Below, in pieces: positions 36,517 to 49,982 of a stretch of DNA of 64,000 nucleotides. Origin of the DNA: Coniocarpon cinnabarinum (Eukaryota); the NCBI GenBank assembly GCA_051942205.1, contig JAVECO010000135.1, positions 1-64,000 on the forward strand, written 5' to 3'. Numbering within the stretch: the first letter of the stretch is position 1; each line of letters begins with the position of its first letter. The position numbers and the translations under genes were made by a program. The notes beneath the pieces are model-generated. The model was not told the origin of the DNA, did not search any database, and saw only the letters and a list, made by a program, of their open reading frames with translations.

Positions 36517-37368
36517 ATGTCTTCTCGTGGAGGTCGCGGTGGCTTTCGGGGGCGAGGGGGAAGCAGAGGCAAGCACAAAATCGGCGGGCAAGAAGTCAGC
36601 TGGGATGCTCCAGATGGCGGTACGCCATCAGAGCCGCAGGAATTCTTTCCTGTGCGTCCAGTCTAAGTAGGCGATACTAATGCTGATAGCTAATTCCGCC
36701 GCACCAAGAATATGGGTCAAGACTTTCCACGTGCCAAGCCACCAACGCTTCGTGAAAGGAAAGCCGTTCAACTCTTCAAGGCAACACGCCAACGCATTCG
36801 TGATGGGCCTTTACATTGTATCCTCAGTACCAAAGCACGCGTTGGAAAAGGTCGTCCAGTCAAGGCAGTCCCCTTCAGTCCATTCTCAGATTTGCCTAGC
36901 TACTCAGAAAAAAGTAGAAAGCCACAGCGAGAACTTCCGCGTTTCGATACACGAATTTATCGTAAGTGGTTCTGACGTTCATGGAAACCAGTTTCACTGA
37001 CAGGAGGCTAAGCCACTCGATTCTATCCAGAGGAGCTGTTGGACATCTTCGGCTCATCACAGTCTTCCTCTAATAACAATTTAAGGCTTCATCAAGCTCA
37101 TCAGAATTATGTTCGGGCGCGAGATGAAGAAGAAGTGGAAGAAAAAGACGAAGGGCAAGACGCGGAAGCAGAACCAGACCCGTCAAGACGTAAGCTTGAT
37201 GAGGATGAAGAACCTGAAGAGGCCGAGGAAGACCCTGATGACAACTTCGAGGAGGACGATGAGGACATGGCGGGTGATTACAACGCAGAAGGCTACTTTT
37301 CTGGTGGGGAGGGCGATGAGGATGATGGTGCGCTGGGAGGTGATGAAGGTGCCATCGATTTTGAGTGA
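36517..37368 (+). CDS. RPC31: RNA polymerase III subunit Rpc31
   Basis: MSSRGGRGG, IRDGP, YSEK, FYPEEL, and an acidic C-terminus with DYNAEGYF. Two introns. Confidence 0.82.
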
Positions 37369-37603
37369 CTGGGCCAAGCCTTGAGATCAAGCGTAATGAC
37401 GGTGGCTCCAGTGATGTTCCAAATAACCCTCATGATTCACGATCTAGATACCCTCTTAGAATTAGCATAGCATTTAGAAGAAGTATGGGGAAGCTCGATG
37501 GGAGTGTTCAATAATTGGTGCCTTATTTCCTCCCTCTTGCTCCAAACGCCAAGCCACATCGTGTTCTCCAGGAACCCGGCACATGATCTCTTTCTTCGAT
37601 CTC

Positions 37604-38528
37604 ATGGACAATCCTCCTTCAGGAAGCGGCAACGCTCTTGTGAATCCACTCGCCACCAACGAGCAGCTACAGTGCTCTAGCTCGCAGCTTGATGGTATTT
37701 CGAACGGACTCGAGAATTCTGTAAGATTTACAGCATGCAGGTTGATACAAGCAGCTGGTGTGCTTCTTGGCCTGTCTCAAGACATTATCGCACAGGCGAT
37801 CGTGATTTTTACGCGCTTCTGGATTGGTGCAGACGGCGGCAGCTTGAGGCTGGAGAGTGCAGAGGTCAACAATTCTGCCCGAAATGTGTGTACGCTGAGT
37901 GGCTCACTGATCCCAGGATGTTGCTACCGCAGCTCTGCATCTGACTTGCAAGCTGTCAGCTGATCCACAAACGCCACGACGTTTGATCCTCGTGATCAAA
38001 TATCTCCGAACCCATCCGCGCGCATTTCTGTTTCCCTCGAGTCCGCCTTCCGATGAAGCCGCGTTTGACCTGAGTGTTACGGAGACAGAGTATCAGGAGG
38101 GCCGCTCACGGTGCATGCGTGCAGAGACCGAAATCCTGCGAATCATTGGGTATGATCTGCATGTCTGCCTCGCGCATACGTTGTGCATCAATTACTTGCA
38201 GACTTTGGGAGCCTTTCACTTGAACGAAGGACCATCAGTAGCGGTGCAAGCTTTTGCTCATCTCAACAGCCTGCTCTTGAGTCCCCAACTTGTGTATCTG
38301 ACCCATCAGCCTACAGCTCTGGCCACTGCCGCCATCTACCTTGCTTCGAGGGAAGTGGGGCTCAAGTTGCCTGAGCTGCCATGGTGGGAAATCTTCGACA
38401 CTGGCCGTGAAGAACTTGGCTTTCTGGTGGCAAGTATGACGAGCATGGAAGCATTTGTCAAAGATGAAGAGGCAAAGTGGGCAGGCAAAGTGGCCCCATT
38501 GACGGTCGACGCAATGGCAAGCGCTTGA
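37604..38528 (+). CDS. Cyclin-box protein (cyclin L-like)
   Basis: NPLATNEQL, LIQAAGVLLGLSQDIIAQAIVIFTRFW, an intron, then AETEILRIIGYDL, AFAHLNS, ATAAIYLA and WWEIFD. Confidence 0.82.
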
Positions 38529-38964
38529 CGTTATCTTAAGCACAGCATATATTGGAGATCCTTCATGTGCACATGATCACGCATGAATCCATGACATCTG
38601 ACATGGTCATTCAACATCAGATGATGTTTTGACTCCAGCACTCACCGCACTTTTACAGTATAGCATCTCTACATGCGATCACAATCTACTCGATTGTACA
38701 CTGCCTCACCATCACAAGCGTGATTCAACAATGCACCCGATCCATCCACGCGTCGCGCCGTATGGCTCGTTGGTGCCTGACTTTAAGACTCAGCGTTCGG
38801 TTCGCCATCTCGCTTCTGCAAGCTACGCTGAGCTGTTGTCCCAAGCTTCCTCGTTCCTCTTCTAGTCGCTCCCTAGGAGGTTTTCGCCAACATCTAGGCG
38901 ACCAACCAGTCTGTTCCAACTCAGCATCCGAGCCCAATCTTTCAAAAGTGACCCAACAATCAAG

Positions 38965-40410
38965 ATGGGGTTCTTCTCGTCTTCGGATCATCGATCACGG
39001 AAGCGTTCGCCGCCAATGTCGTTCCTCAACACTCGATGGGGACGAGATGAGGTGGCAGGTCGCCACCGTCCCAGCTTAGAGCAAACATCGCGACCCGAGA
39101 CGCGCCAGGCCTTGCGCAGTTCCAAAATCCAAAGTAAGCCTCCCATCCAAGGATCGTTCCCAATCGTTAGTCCCCTCGATGGTCACGGTAAGAAATCTTA
39201 CTTATTCAACGTGATAGCATCCGCTTATACACCCGCTTATTTAGCAGAGCTTCGCAGTCCTACGAAACGCACCGTGTCTCGAACGCCTCAGCCCCGTTGC
39301 TTTAGTCCACGTCAAGAAGATAAGAAGGATACTGCTCCCGTCCGCACACTCAAGCGTAAAGCCGCGTTTGAGCCGAGACCTACAGCATTGAACGAAAGGA
39401 GTATCAACGAGACTCATGGCGGCAGTCGTCGTCCTCTGAGGACCTATTCGAAGGCGGCTCCGCGTCAGTCAACGGCCAGAGAAGGCTTCGATCAACCTCG
39501 TCCAACGCCGAGCAAGCCCAAAGTCGAAGTCAAGACGACGTACGCAGTCAAGCCGCCTCCAAATTACTCTCTCCCACTTGGCGCCCGCAAACCAACCCCC
39601 ATTCCTCCTGCCGCTTCATCGCCGTCTTCGCATTCTCCAAAGACTCGCATGTATCGAACCTCGTCAACGAGAACCGCATCGCCTTTGAGAACATCACCTC
39701 GAACGTCGCGCCAGTCAAACCGGTCAACGCCAAACACCTCACCACCAACATCGACACACCGTCCGGTGGCCTCACCTCTCAACGCCCACCCAACATCCAC
39801 CGCTAGCGGCAATACAGGCACCCGCCGTCGTCAAGCCGTCTACGCCACCACGCCCTCCCCATCCCCAACCGCCTCACCACCACGCGCCTACCGCCGCGTC
39901 GAAAACCCCACCCGCTTCTATTCCGACTCCTCCAAACGCTCCTCAAACGGCACACGTTTCCCCATTTCCTCCTCTTCAGCCTCTCAACCTACGCCCACGG
40001 CTACTTCTCCTGCAGCAAAAGACCCTCGTCGCTCCTACCGCTATCCCTCCCTTTCTCAAGGCACGGCCGCTACGCCGCATCGTCGTATCAATGCCGGTAT
40101 GCTTCCGATTGACACATCACTGAGCAGCAACAAAGCGGCGAGTCAGCGTCCCACGTTCCTGCGTGAGTCGCCGACGAAGCACTCGAAGTACCCCAGGAAA
40201 CAGAGGGAAGGCGTGATGTTAGAGGGTGAGCGCGAGCGCGCCTTTCGAGGGTGGTTAGGTCGAGGGAAGGAGAAGAAGCAGGAGAAGGCGAAAGTGGGTG
40301 GGTTCGGTGTTCCAGGTGATGTCGGACTGGGTGGGTCGTCTGGGGAGTATCGGAGGAGGATGAAAAGACGTGGGAAAGGGATGATGTTTTGGGAGTGGAG
40401 TCCGAGGTGA
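38965..40410 (+). CDS. Ser/Pro/Thr/Arg-rich disordered hypothetical protein
   Basis: 481-codon open frame of low complexity with no domain. Confidence 0.55.
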   Translation: MGFFSSSDHRSRKRSPPMSFLNTRWGRDEVAGRHRPSLEQTSRPETRQALRSSKIQSKPPIQGSFPIVSPLDGHGKKSYLFNVIASAYTPAYLAELRSPTKRTVSRTPQPRCFSPRQEDKKDTAPVRTLKRKAAFEPRPTALNERSINETHGGSRRPLRTYSKAAPRQSTAREGFDQPRPTPSKPKVEVKTTYAVKPPPNYSLPLGARKPTPIPPAASSPSSHSPKTRMYRTSSTRTASPLRTSPRTSRQSNRSTPNTSPPTSTHRPVASPLNAHPTSTASGNTGTRRRQAVYATTPSPSPTASPPRAYRRVENPTRFYSDSSKRSSNGTRFPISSSSASQPTPTATSPAAKDPRRSYRYPSLSQGTAATPHRRINAGMLPIDTSLSSNKAASQRPTFLRESPTKHSKYPRKQREGVMLEGERERAFRGWLGRGKEKKQEKAKVGGFGVPGDVGLGGSSGEYRRRMKRRGKGMMFWEWSPR

Positions 40411-40903
40411 TGAGGGAAGAAGCTTGCGACCTCGTTGAGCTTTACTGACGGGGATGGCGAACAGGTTTATGGTGGATCTTGACAAATACCTGGACGCGGT
40501 AGTAACAAGGCAGGCGTTGGAGTATTAGGAGAAATCCAGCATGGCTAGTTACGAGGGCATTACATATATTCGAAGAGATTATGCTGGAGCTATACCCAAG
40601 ATCAAGTTCGAGACATATAGATAGATCTCTAGATTAATGGACGACAACTGACGTGAAGAGCAGAAGATAATTCATGCACCGTGATCATTGCACTCTTACA
40701 TAAACTCTCGTACCTTACACATTGCTCATCGGTCCATCACAGAACCGTTCAGTGTCATTCGGGCATCCACTCCACACCTTCCCATCCCGGCATTTGTTCT
40801 CCCTGCGCTGTGATCCTCTACGCCAGTTTATTTTGTAGTGTTCCGTCAGCGAGACAGTCTCCCAGCTTGCACAGAGACAGCCTTCCTGTGGTCTTACGCT
40901 GTC

Positions 40904-42670
40904 CTACTCGTGATAGCCCTCCTCGTGATAATCTTCAGCATCGGTCTTCGGGCCTTTCATCGGCTCGTACTTCATCTGCTCCTTGTCGTAATTATCCGTC
41001 TTGCGTGCACGAGCGTTCATGTTGACCTTTTCTCTCTTGAAAGCAGGCGAGAATCCCGGCCCCTGCGCATTTTCCTCGTCGAATCGTTCACCGCTTGCTT
41101 CAGGGTCATGAACATATTTAACACCCGATCCGACGCCGCCTCTATCCTGCTTAGTACCCGTGTCGCGGACGGGCGCATTCGTCTGTGCATAAGGCGGAGA
41201 AGCCAGCTCCGCTGTGCCCTCCTCGAGTCGAACATCTCTGGCTTGGGAGAAGTCACTGGGATTTCTCCCGCCAGGGCCAGGTCCACCTCGCCCTCTGCCG
41301 CCACGTCCACGAGGTGCTCCCCAACCGCGGGCATTACCACGACCACGCCCGTAGCTTTGTCCGCGAGCCTCACCACGGTCCGAGCGCCACTGGCGGCGCT
41401 GCTTGAACGCGTCACGGCTTTGCTTGAAATACTCGCCGTCCAGCTCAGGATGCATCTCGATCACAGGCGGATCCATGGTGTTGTCCTTGTCCGACTGCCA
41501 GAATGCGGATTCTTTGCCGCTTGCGGGGTCGACTGGGGTGGTTGACGTGGGAAGGGCGACCAGCCGCATCTTGATGACGGCCCAGGGGATGGAGAGAGAG
41601 TGGTTCCAGGCTTCGCCGCTGCGTCGAGTAGGGCCCTTGGATTCCCCGTATTTGGACTTTTGGCTGGGCGGGTTGTTTGGTGGGTTTCCAGAAATATTGA
41701 GGCCCGCCGATTCATGTTCAGAACCGGTGGAGGGCTTGGTCATTGCATCTTCGTTGGTGGATGCGGTGGGATCAGCAGCATCTTCGACAAGTTTCGCCTT
41801 TTCTTGCTGTGGCGGCTCAGGCATAGACTTGGCTGGATCACCCCCGAATTTGACTTCAAGCATATTGATCAAAGCGCGACTTCGGGGACGCAGATAGGTG
41901 ATCTTTTGGATGTTGTAATAACCAATGAATTCAATCGCGCGGTGGCCACGGTGGAGTTGCTGAAAGACTGGAATGAGACGCGTTGAAAGCACTTCTGGCT
42001 TGTTCTCTTCCGACGATGGTGTGGTCGAAACATCCTCATCGTCGGAGGTGTAGTCAACGAGTGGATGGACAAACTCAGTTGGTGCTGGATGAGACGCCGC
42101 CGCAGGTGCCTGTTCATCACCGCCTGACTGTTCCTCTGCAGCACTAGCCTGTGCCTGACCACCACCGCTTTGAGCGCCGTCCGTCTCCGGCGTATGCTCA
42201 CTCTGCTCCAGTTCACGTCCTCCAGTGTACTTCTTCGGACCTCCATCTCTCGCCCAGCCTCTAGTCACGAGACCCTCAAGGCCAGGTAAAAGTTCCAGAT
42301 TGCTCTTGGCGAAGACAGTGCGACGACTGTCCCATTTAGGATTTGCATTAGGAAACAACATCAGGTACGCCAGTTCATTGGGATGGTCCAGAGAGTTGTT
42401 GAGGGAGCTTGGGGGACATGGCTCGAAGTTGTTAGAGGGGTCGTCGACGGCAGCAGGCGGACGGTAATGGTTGTGGATCTCGTCAAGAGTGTAGCGTGTC
42501 TTAGCATCAGGCTCGGTCTTGTCCTCTGTAATCGCGAGGGTGGCCAATGAACGGGGAGTACCGTCATCTGCCATAGCAGGAGGGGACGACGGCTGATCTG
42601 GCTGGGGTGTCTCACTGCCAGCTGCAGCCTCTGGCTTCTTGCGCAGAGCTGGTGGAACGTATCGGCCCAT
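40904..42670 (-). CDS. Hypothetical protein with N-terminal YVPPALR motif and RGG-rich region
   Basis: 588-codon ORF. Folded patches (LAYLMLFPNANPKW, FIGYYNIQKI, WAVIKM) and an RGG box near the C-terminus. Confidence 0.75.
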   Translation of the reverse strand: MGRYVPPALRKKPEAAAGSETPQPDQPSSPPAMADDGTPRSLATLAITEDKTEPDAKTRYTLDEIHNHYRPPAAVDDPSNNFEPCPPSSLNNSLDHPNELAYLMLFPNANPKWDSRRTVFAKSNLELLPGLEGLVTRGWARDGGPKKYTGGRELEQSEHTPETDGAQSGGGQAQASAAEEQSGGDEQAPAAASHPAPTEFVHPLVDYTSDDEDVSTTPSSEENKPEVLSTRLIPVFQQLHRGHRAIEFIGYYNIQKITYLRPRSRALINMLEVKFGGDPAKSMPEPPQQEKAKLVEDAADPTASTNEDAMTKPSTGSEHESAGLNISGNPPNNPPSQKSKYGESKGPTRRSGEAWNHSLSIPWAVIKMRLVALPTSTTPVDPASGKESAFWQSDKDNTMDPPVIEMHPELDGEYFKQSRDAFKQRRQWRSDRGEARGQSYGRGRGNARGWGAPRGRGGRGRGGPGPGGRNPSDFSQARDVRLEEGTAELASPPYAQTNAPVRDTGTKQDRGGVGSGVKYVHDPEASGERFDEENAQGPGFSPAFKREKVNMNARARKTDNYDKEQMKYEPMKGPKTDAEDYHEEGYHE

Positions 42671-43344
42671 CCTCGGGTTTACAAATGGTTGTCAATGTTA
42701 GAGCATGAACAAACAGTAAGGAAGAGTTGGGTGGGAATGGACTTTCCAAGGGCGGTGGGGAAAGGCAAAGGTCAAGGAGACGAAAGGCGGTCTTGCCTGA
42801 AGTATCCCGCGAGCAATGGCCGCGTTTGCCGGTCAGTCCAGACTGCACGTGGCGAGCAAGTAGACGAAAGCGACTTCCAGGCAGCAGAGTCAAAGCTTCA
42901 CCATGATACAAACGAGGCCCAAACACGTGAGCAATCGAGACACCGAACTGTCTTGCAAGTCCAGGAAACTCCACAAGCATTCAAAGGTCACCTAGTGGGC
43001 ATTGTAGGAAATCTCACAGGGGTCTGAAGTAGCTTTTCGATGGAGAGTTGAGTACAAAAGAGCTTTCATACCTTGACGGGCGCCCTGGCACATTGCTCGT
43101 GCACAGCGGTCACATTTAGTTGTACGGCATCGATATTGATGCCGAGGCGGCGAACGCGTCCGGCAGGGTGCGGACGAAGATCATACAAACAGGTACCCAA
43201 CAGTTGGGTCTGTCACTTCTCGGCGCGCTGCAGTCACTATGCAATCAACCGTAGGCAACGCGGCCTAATCCAAGGCTTCGAATCCATCATGTTGGCCTGT
43301 CATGGTCCAATCAAGCCTGCCGCCGCTGTTGTCCGCCAAATGCT

Positions 43345-44591
43345 CTACGATGCCGGTTGAGCACTCCTGCTCCGCTTTTCACCACCACTCCGAGCCCTGG
43401 CCAGCGGGCTTCCGGCGCGCTTAATGCCACTGCTTCGTCCAGGCTTCGTACGTGGCCACGAATCGAATGGGCTTCGCTTCTTGCTCTCCTCTGTCGTTGA
43501 TACTGAGCTGCTCGCCAAGTGCTGCTCTTCCGCAATGTCTGGTGGTGCGACTGGCTCGGTTGGAGTTTCGATCTCTGTAGTCACTTCGCCAGGGTCGTCG
43601 GCTTGATCTCGAGAGGTGTCCATGGTATCGCTTGTCGGGAACAGTAGCCGCGGCTTGATGGCAGATCGCGTGAGTCGCTTTGACGATTCCGCGCCTGCCC
43701 GTCGCCGCGTAACATTTTGATCGCTGACCACGCCGTTATGATCTTCAGTGCCAGCTGCTTCATTGTCTGAATCATCATCGAACTTGCGGAACACCTTTTT
43801 ACCACGACTAGAGACTACATGTTAGCAGCGTCAAATACGCAAATGCAGTTTGACCCTTACAATGTGTAGACAATGCCCTTGTCGTTTTCCACAGCTTCAT
43901 CAATCTCCCTGCTCAAGCCGTACTTTGGTCTTCTTGCTGCGTGCGATATTGGCTTGGCGGAACTCTTCCCCCTTGAGCTGCTCCTCGTCTCTTTAACCAT
44001 GAAAGGATTGTCTTCTTCCTCTCCGGTCATCTCTGGCATCCGCTCCTTGGAATCTGTGTAGACTTGAACGTTGCTACTGGCGTCTTCACCCTCTTCGAAA
44101 CTCGCAAGCGAAAAACCTTGATGACGTTTGCCTTTCCTCGACTTTGAGGGAGTTGGCATAATTTCCGCAGGTTCAGTCTCTCGATCGTGGAACAGCACTC
44201 TTGCTGTCTTGCCAAATTCAGTCTTTGGGACACGTTTGCGGGGGGTTTTGGCAGGTGTTGGATACATTTTCGACTCGTGCTCCAGCTTCGAGGTGGCGGC
44301 CTTGTTCTGAGGTGCAAAGTGCACGTGCGGCAAAGCTTGTTTCCTTTTTGCGCTAGGATTTACCTGATCGGGAGAGGTGGGCGAAGATGGAGGTGATAAG
44401 GCAGCACGTGCCGGCGCGCGCTTGCGTGAAGGCGCTGTCAGAGGTGGTGAATCCAGCAGGTTTCCTGGGTGATGCCTCTGTTTGTTATGGATGCGGGAGG
44501 ATCGCCGTGGTGAGTCAAACATTGCTCCATGCAGAGGAGCTGGCGGTGTCTGCGCGCGCTCAGCGGGAGGTGTCTGGGTTTGTGTTGACAT
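43345..44591 (-). CDS. Disordered hypothetical protein with many S/T-P sites
   Basis: Two exons joined at GIVYT|..GKKVFRKF. Contains PTPAKTPRK and SAIKPRLLF. Confidence 0.7.
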
Positions 44592-45208
44592 CGTCGATGT
44601 CGGGTGCAGCTCTGGGAGCTGCTGGCTCTGCTGAATAAATTGACGCCCGCAGACGAGTCGGTAGGAATGTCTCTACTCGATCCAATTTCGCGCGTAAAAA
44701 GTGGCTCCAAAATCTCGAGCTGATGTTGAGCTCTGAACACCGTCTTAATGCGTCCAACATGCGCGGTTGGTGTCAAGGGTATCAGACATACAAATGCTGC
44801 AGCGACAAGAGGATAAGCTGATGTGCTTAGTATGAATACACAAAGCGCAAAGTAAGACGTAAAGGATAGGGAAGCGAGGTCATGAAACTCCGTAAGTCCA
44901 AGTCAATAAGCGCTGGCAAGAAATGACGTGAAGTGGCTGGTGCGCGAATTGCGCATGGCTGGGCAAGGGATGATTTCACGAAACTCCTATTTAGGCACCA
45001 TCTTCCAACTACAGTGCTACACTAGATGCACGTCGCGCAAGTATCTGACTCCTAGAGGCTCCACCATCCACGATCATCTGTGTAGCTGTCGGGACTGATG
45101 ACCTGTAACAAGGCCAAGGCACTGAAAATTTGGGCCCGGTGCTTCACTTCTGCTGCATCCCTGAATTTGCTCTGTTAGCGGTTCTTCTCTCTCCAATTGC
45201 ACACAACA

Positions 45209-47112
45209 TCATATTGCAGAGGCCAACTCACCCTTGACTTTTACCCTGATTCCCTGAGATCCATCCTTCGGAAAGCATGCCAAGCGTTCGCGATATGCTG
45301 CAACGTCCACAATGTCAGTGTCGTAGAGCTCCAGTTCCAGCTTTCTGTACACGTGCGCCATTGTGATATACAGCTCCGCCCAAGCAAGCCACATTCCTAG
45401 GCAATTGCGAGGCCCCCGTGAGAATGACACGAAGTATCTGTCGAGATCCGTGTTGGGCTTCAAGTCCTCTGAACCGGCCGCAGACTTCTCGCTTATGAGC
45501 CAGCGCATTGGGTTGAAGTCCTCTGGACCGTAGAAGATGTTTGGATCTGACAGGACACTGTAGAGAGTCATGCTAACAGGCGTTCCCGGTGGAAATTGCC
45601 AATCTTTATAGGTAATAGGGAAAGGGCTTCCGGTCAGACGCGAACCTCGAAACGCTGTACTCCCACCCAAACGAATGCTCTCTTTTATGACTGCTGTGAG
45701 GAAGGGCAATCGTTCCAGCTGGTTTAACGTCGGTGTCGAGTCGATGTCCGGCATGACAGTCAACAGCTCTTCTCGCAGCCGCGCGAGTAGGTGCGGACGC
45801 TTGAGGAGGTGCACAGTGGAGATGGAAAGTGCCCTGGATGTGGTCTCCGTCCCTGCCGACACGAAAGTGTGACCCTCCTGAACAAGACGTTCAATCGCTT
45901 TGTCAGCGGATGGCAGCTTGCTATCCAGCATTTGATCGAACACCGTTTCGTTGTAGCTGATTGCACCTTTATCTGTCCTTTCGATGGATATTTCTTCAAG
46001 GTCATCAGAGGCGTTAGACATTGGATACTTTCCGTGGCTCTGTTTGGAAGCAACAATCTTTTTTACTTGATCGCGGCACAGTTGCTATTGTCCCGTGAAG
46101 TCAGCGACCCGCTGATAGGTCCGAGACTAGCATCGGAGGCATCCTCACTTACCTGTATGTTAAGCATGCCATTAAGGTGGGGTGCTATGTATCTAACCAT
46201 CCAAACCTATCAATCGTTCTTAGACCCAGTGTTCTGCCAAACATGTTGGAGCAGCATGTTTAAACTCACTGGAAGAGCGTCCATAATTGGAAGCATCCAT
46301 GGCACTTGTCGATTCAGGGCACCTGACGCAAGCATCTTTTTAACATCTTCTCTAAATTTCCTGTCAAATCCAGGTACATCTAGAAGGACTGTCAGCTTCG
46401 ACACAGAGGCAGGCCAAGACTGCTCTCTTACCCAGGGAATCACAGCTCACGCCGAAGCAGTATTGGGAGATGATGTCAAGAGTAAGACAAGTGTATGCCG
46501 CATCTATTGACACAACTTCGCCATTTTTGGCGTAGGGTATGAGTCTTTCGCACATCTTCAGGACCTTCTCCTGAATGACTGGAGCTCTTGACGCAATCGA
46601 TGCCTTTGAAAAGAATTTACTGACAGCCGCGCGACGAGGTCTATGTAAATTAGACTGCCAGCTCCCAAAAGTTGACAGTGGCACCCCGAGGGATTTAGAG
46701 CCCAATGGATCTCGATCGTGTCGTGGCAGATAAAGCTTATCGACAAATTCAGAGTCTTCGATATGGACTTCTCGAGGATTAACTCGAACGACGGGGCCTA
46801 GCATCGAGCATTAGATTTCTGGATGCAAGTACGATGACAAGATGGATGAGATGATTGTCATCGCGGTTGATTCTTACCGTATTTTTTGTGCATCTCTTGG
46901 ATTTTCCACGGATACCGCCCATCTTTCACAAGGTCATAATAGGCTTCATAGAAGCCCGTAGCGGCGGCTAGCTTAGGACCTGGGATGTTGGAAAGCTTGC
47001 TGAAGTAGATACGGTATACATATAGCGCAACAGTGTAGACAAGCAGAGCAGAGACCACTTGCCCCAGATAGAGAGACCACAGTGAGCTCATCTTGCTTAC
47101 GTTAATGGACAT
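45209..47112 (-). CDS. Cytochrome P450 monooxygenase
   Basis: N-terminal [30 protein letters not shown] (ExxR), FNPMRW and heme motif [10 protein letters not shown]. Four introns with the frame preserved. Confidence 0.94.
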
Positions 47113-47881
47113 TCTCGAAAACAGGGTGGTTTGCGTCTCTGTCAGTGAGGCTCAGAGATCAATTTGAAAGTCGCAAGAGGAACGAGAAAGAGCCAAAGCC
47201 GTCGGCTTAAAAGCAAAGCGAGGGCCGCGGAGAGAAATGCATGACCCAGAGCGGAGGCTCAACATGACCGCCGCGTTCCAACACCTGCGCACTCATGCAC
47301 CGTGTTACGATACAGCGAATGACCTGTGTCGAGGCGGTGAGGCAGACCACGGCTCCACGGCCAGGCGAGGTTATGCAGTGCGAGGCTGGAGCTGTCTAGT
47401 GTACGATATCAAAGACATGTAGGACCTCGTGTAATCAAAAGCCGCCCTCAACCTTGATCTGGACATTTTTCAGCGTCTTGCAGCTGCTTGCTCAAGGGAT
47501 TCAACCAACCATACTGCACAAGAAACGTGTGGGGGATCAGGCGCCAAGCCCACCGGCATGCAGCAAGGGTCTCATAATGCAACGGTGCGTATACCTCCTG
47601 CATGGGCGTCACCTGTGAAAGAATTCACCGATGGATAGTGAGGGGCTTGCCAGGATGCGGTCACATGGGTCTGCGTTCTTGCACCAGCAGTCGATTGAGC
47701 CTTGTAGATAACGCGTGTACACTGCGGGGCAATTGCGGCTTCTCTTCGACCATTGCCACTTGATCTTCCTCAAACGACCTTGCTGACAAAAAGCACTCAT
47801 AATTAGTGTGTGCCTTGCATAGTTAATGCATATTCTGCATAACTGACGTATTCTTTTCATAATTAATGTCTGCGTTAAGAC

Positions 47882-49597
47882 TTAACGGAAATACTGTATA
47901 GCTTCGTATAGAGTGAAGATGCCGAATCCGATGAAGATAAAACCTCCGCCAAGCGTCACTAGCAGGGTTAGCTCTGGCTTTTCAATATGAAGCTGTCCAC
48001 ATACCTGTTCGCATGCTTATCCGTCCGGCAAGCGCACTGCCTCCGAGAACCGCCCCCGCTGTGCAGACGCAGTGGCCCAAGGTTGCACCCACCATGATCC
48101 AGTAATACTCTTGCCCTGCTGCCATGGCGACGGTCGCGATCTGACTGCGGTCTCCAAGCTCGCCGACGAATGTCATCGAGAAGGTCTCAACCCAGGCAGG
48201 GCTAAGCAGCAAGGTCAGAAGATTCTTGATCCCGGCAACGCCAGACGTAATTGTGGGCCGACTCCGCGACGGAGACGGCGACGTAGAGGGGCTACGCTTC
48301 AGGGGTGTCATACGCGATCTCGATCTCGACCTTTCTATTCGACCGGACTCGAGCACAGCAGGCGAGAGCGACGACACTCGTGTATGTCCGTTCGCTCTAG
48401 CCATGTCAAGCTCCTTTTCTTCCAGTTCTGCCTGCACTTCGCGTATTTCTTCACTGGCGCCCTGGTTAGGATCCATCGCTGCTCCTTCTCGAAGAGATTT
48501 GGCGCCGAATGCCAGGAATAAAGCTGCAGCCAACAATGCTGACCACTTCTTTGATATGATAGCGCCCACGGCGTGCCCTGTAATGCCAGACAAAATTGTC
48601 ATGACGAAGAGGGCAGCGAAAGCTGCAGTGAACACTTGTATTCGTGGGTGTCGCATGGCCATGAGCGCCGCTACAATGAATGTCTTGTCTCCGATTTCGG
48701 TAGCGGTAATCGACGTGAAGGATCCGAAGAGGGAGTCCCAACGGATCAGGTCGTGGACGCCGTCTTCTTCGTCGGAGTCGCTCTCCTCTTTTATTTGCAG
48801 AGCCTCACCTGAATGGGTGGTCGTAGGTTTATCCAGAGCCAATTCGTCATCGTGATCCGAGGGAGAGCCGGAGAGAGGATATTTATGGGGTTGGTCGCTG
48901 AGACCCTCTGGCTTCTGAGACAAGACAGTCAGCATCAAGAAAGTCTCCCGTCATAATCTCAGTATTCACATACTTCAACTGAAAGAGCGCCCTTGGCTGT
49001 CTCGTCATTTTCAGCAGGCTTCGCGGAAAATTTGTCGCCGAGCTTTGTGGATTGCTGCGAGTCCGAGTCGAGATCTTCCTCTTTATGGGAGACAGCGTCG
49101 CTGTCCTTGGGAGACTCGGGCCGCTGGATTTGTTTTCTTCCAGTCACTTTCTCGTGAGCTTCCTTGCTTTTACTCTTCTCCGTGACACCACCATCAGTGC
49201 CCGTGGTACCTTTCTTGGGTGTTTCCCTATTCCGATCACTCATAACCCCGTCATCATTGGAGCTCTTCTCCTTTCGCATGGACTTGCTCATAGCATGTTT
49301 TAAAGGCTCGTCACTGTCCAGGGGCTCGACGAACGGGCCTGCATGTGGCTTTCCGTCTTTTCCGTCCACTGGAGCATCTCGGGTGCCTCTGTCCTGCTTC
49401 TTCTCTGCAACCGAGCCTGATAGCTCATCTGACGGCGAGGACTTCTTGTAAAGTTGTTGAAGGGCAGGGTCATCATCGAGGCGTTTGTAAAGCTGGTGCT
49501 TTTGTGACTCGGAGGCATAATCTGCTGCCAGAGAAAACCATGCGAAAAATAGTACGAGGACAATGAATATCCGCCATGGTCGGGTTGATGGCTTCAT
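47882..49597 (-). CDS. GDT1: Gdt1/TMEM165 (UPF0016) Golgi cation exchanger
   Basis: Signal peptide plus the paired motifs EIGDKT and ELGDRS. Two introns; the last exon ends EAIQYFR*. Confidence 0.92.
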
Positions 49598-49982
49598 TCG
49601 TGTCGTTAAGACAGACATGCACACATCGATATGTGAGGTGGACGAGCAAGGAAAGAGACAATGTGTAAAGGCTACTGCTCTGCTGGGCTGGCAAGACCAA
49701 AGTTAATGACCGACTGGGGCACCCTGAGGCTGTTCGGCTGTTCTTGGGCTGACTTTAGGATGAATGCGCGCAGGGATATCGAACGCTAGCACTCAATTTG
49801 GCGTAGCTCGAAGACCTGATATAAGAGGCACAAAGATGGCGTAACTTGGCGGGCCTGTTGTTGTTTGCCTCTCAATTGAACACCACATCCTCCCCCTTCT
49901 TCCACTACATCCCTCTCAATCCGTTCATCTCCTTAGCTCTTGATCTCAGAAGCTTTAGAAACTAAACCCTTAGGCTGGTTTC

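Noticed and set aside
46020..46090. Suspected frameshift in the P450
   Set aside because: Recounting shows the exon reads in frame ([24 protein letters not shown]).
47450..47480. CTTGATCTGGAC..CAGCG resembling the 3' half of a TPP riboswitch
   Set aside because: The conserved CTGAGA 5' half is absent and no thiamine gene is adjacent.
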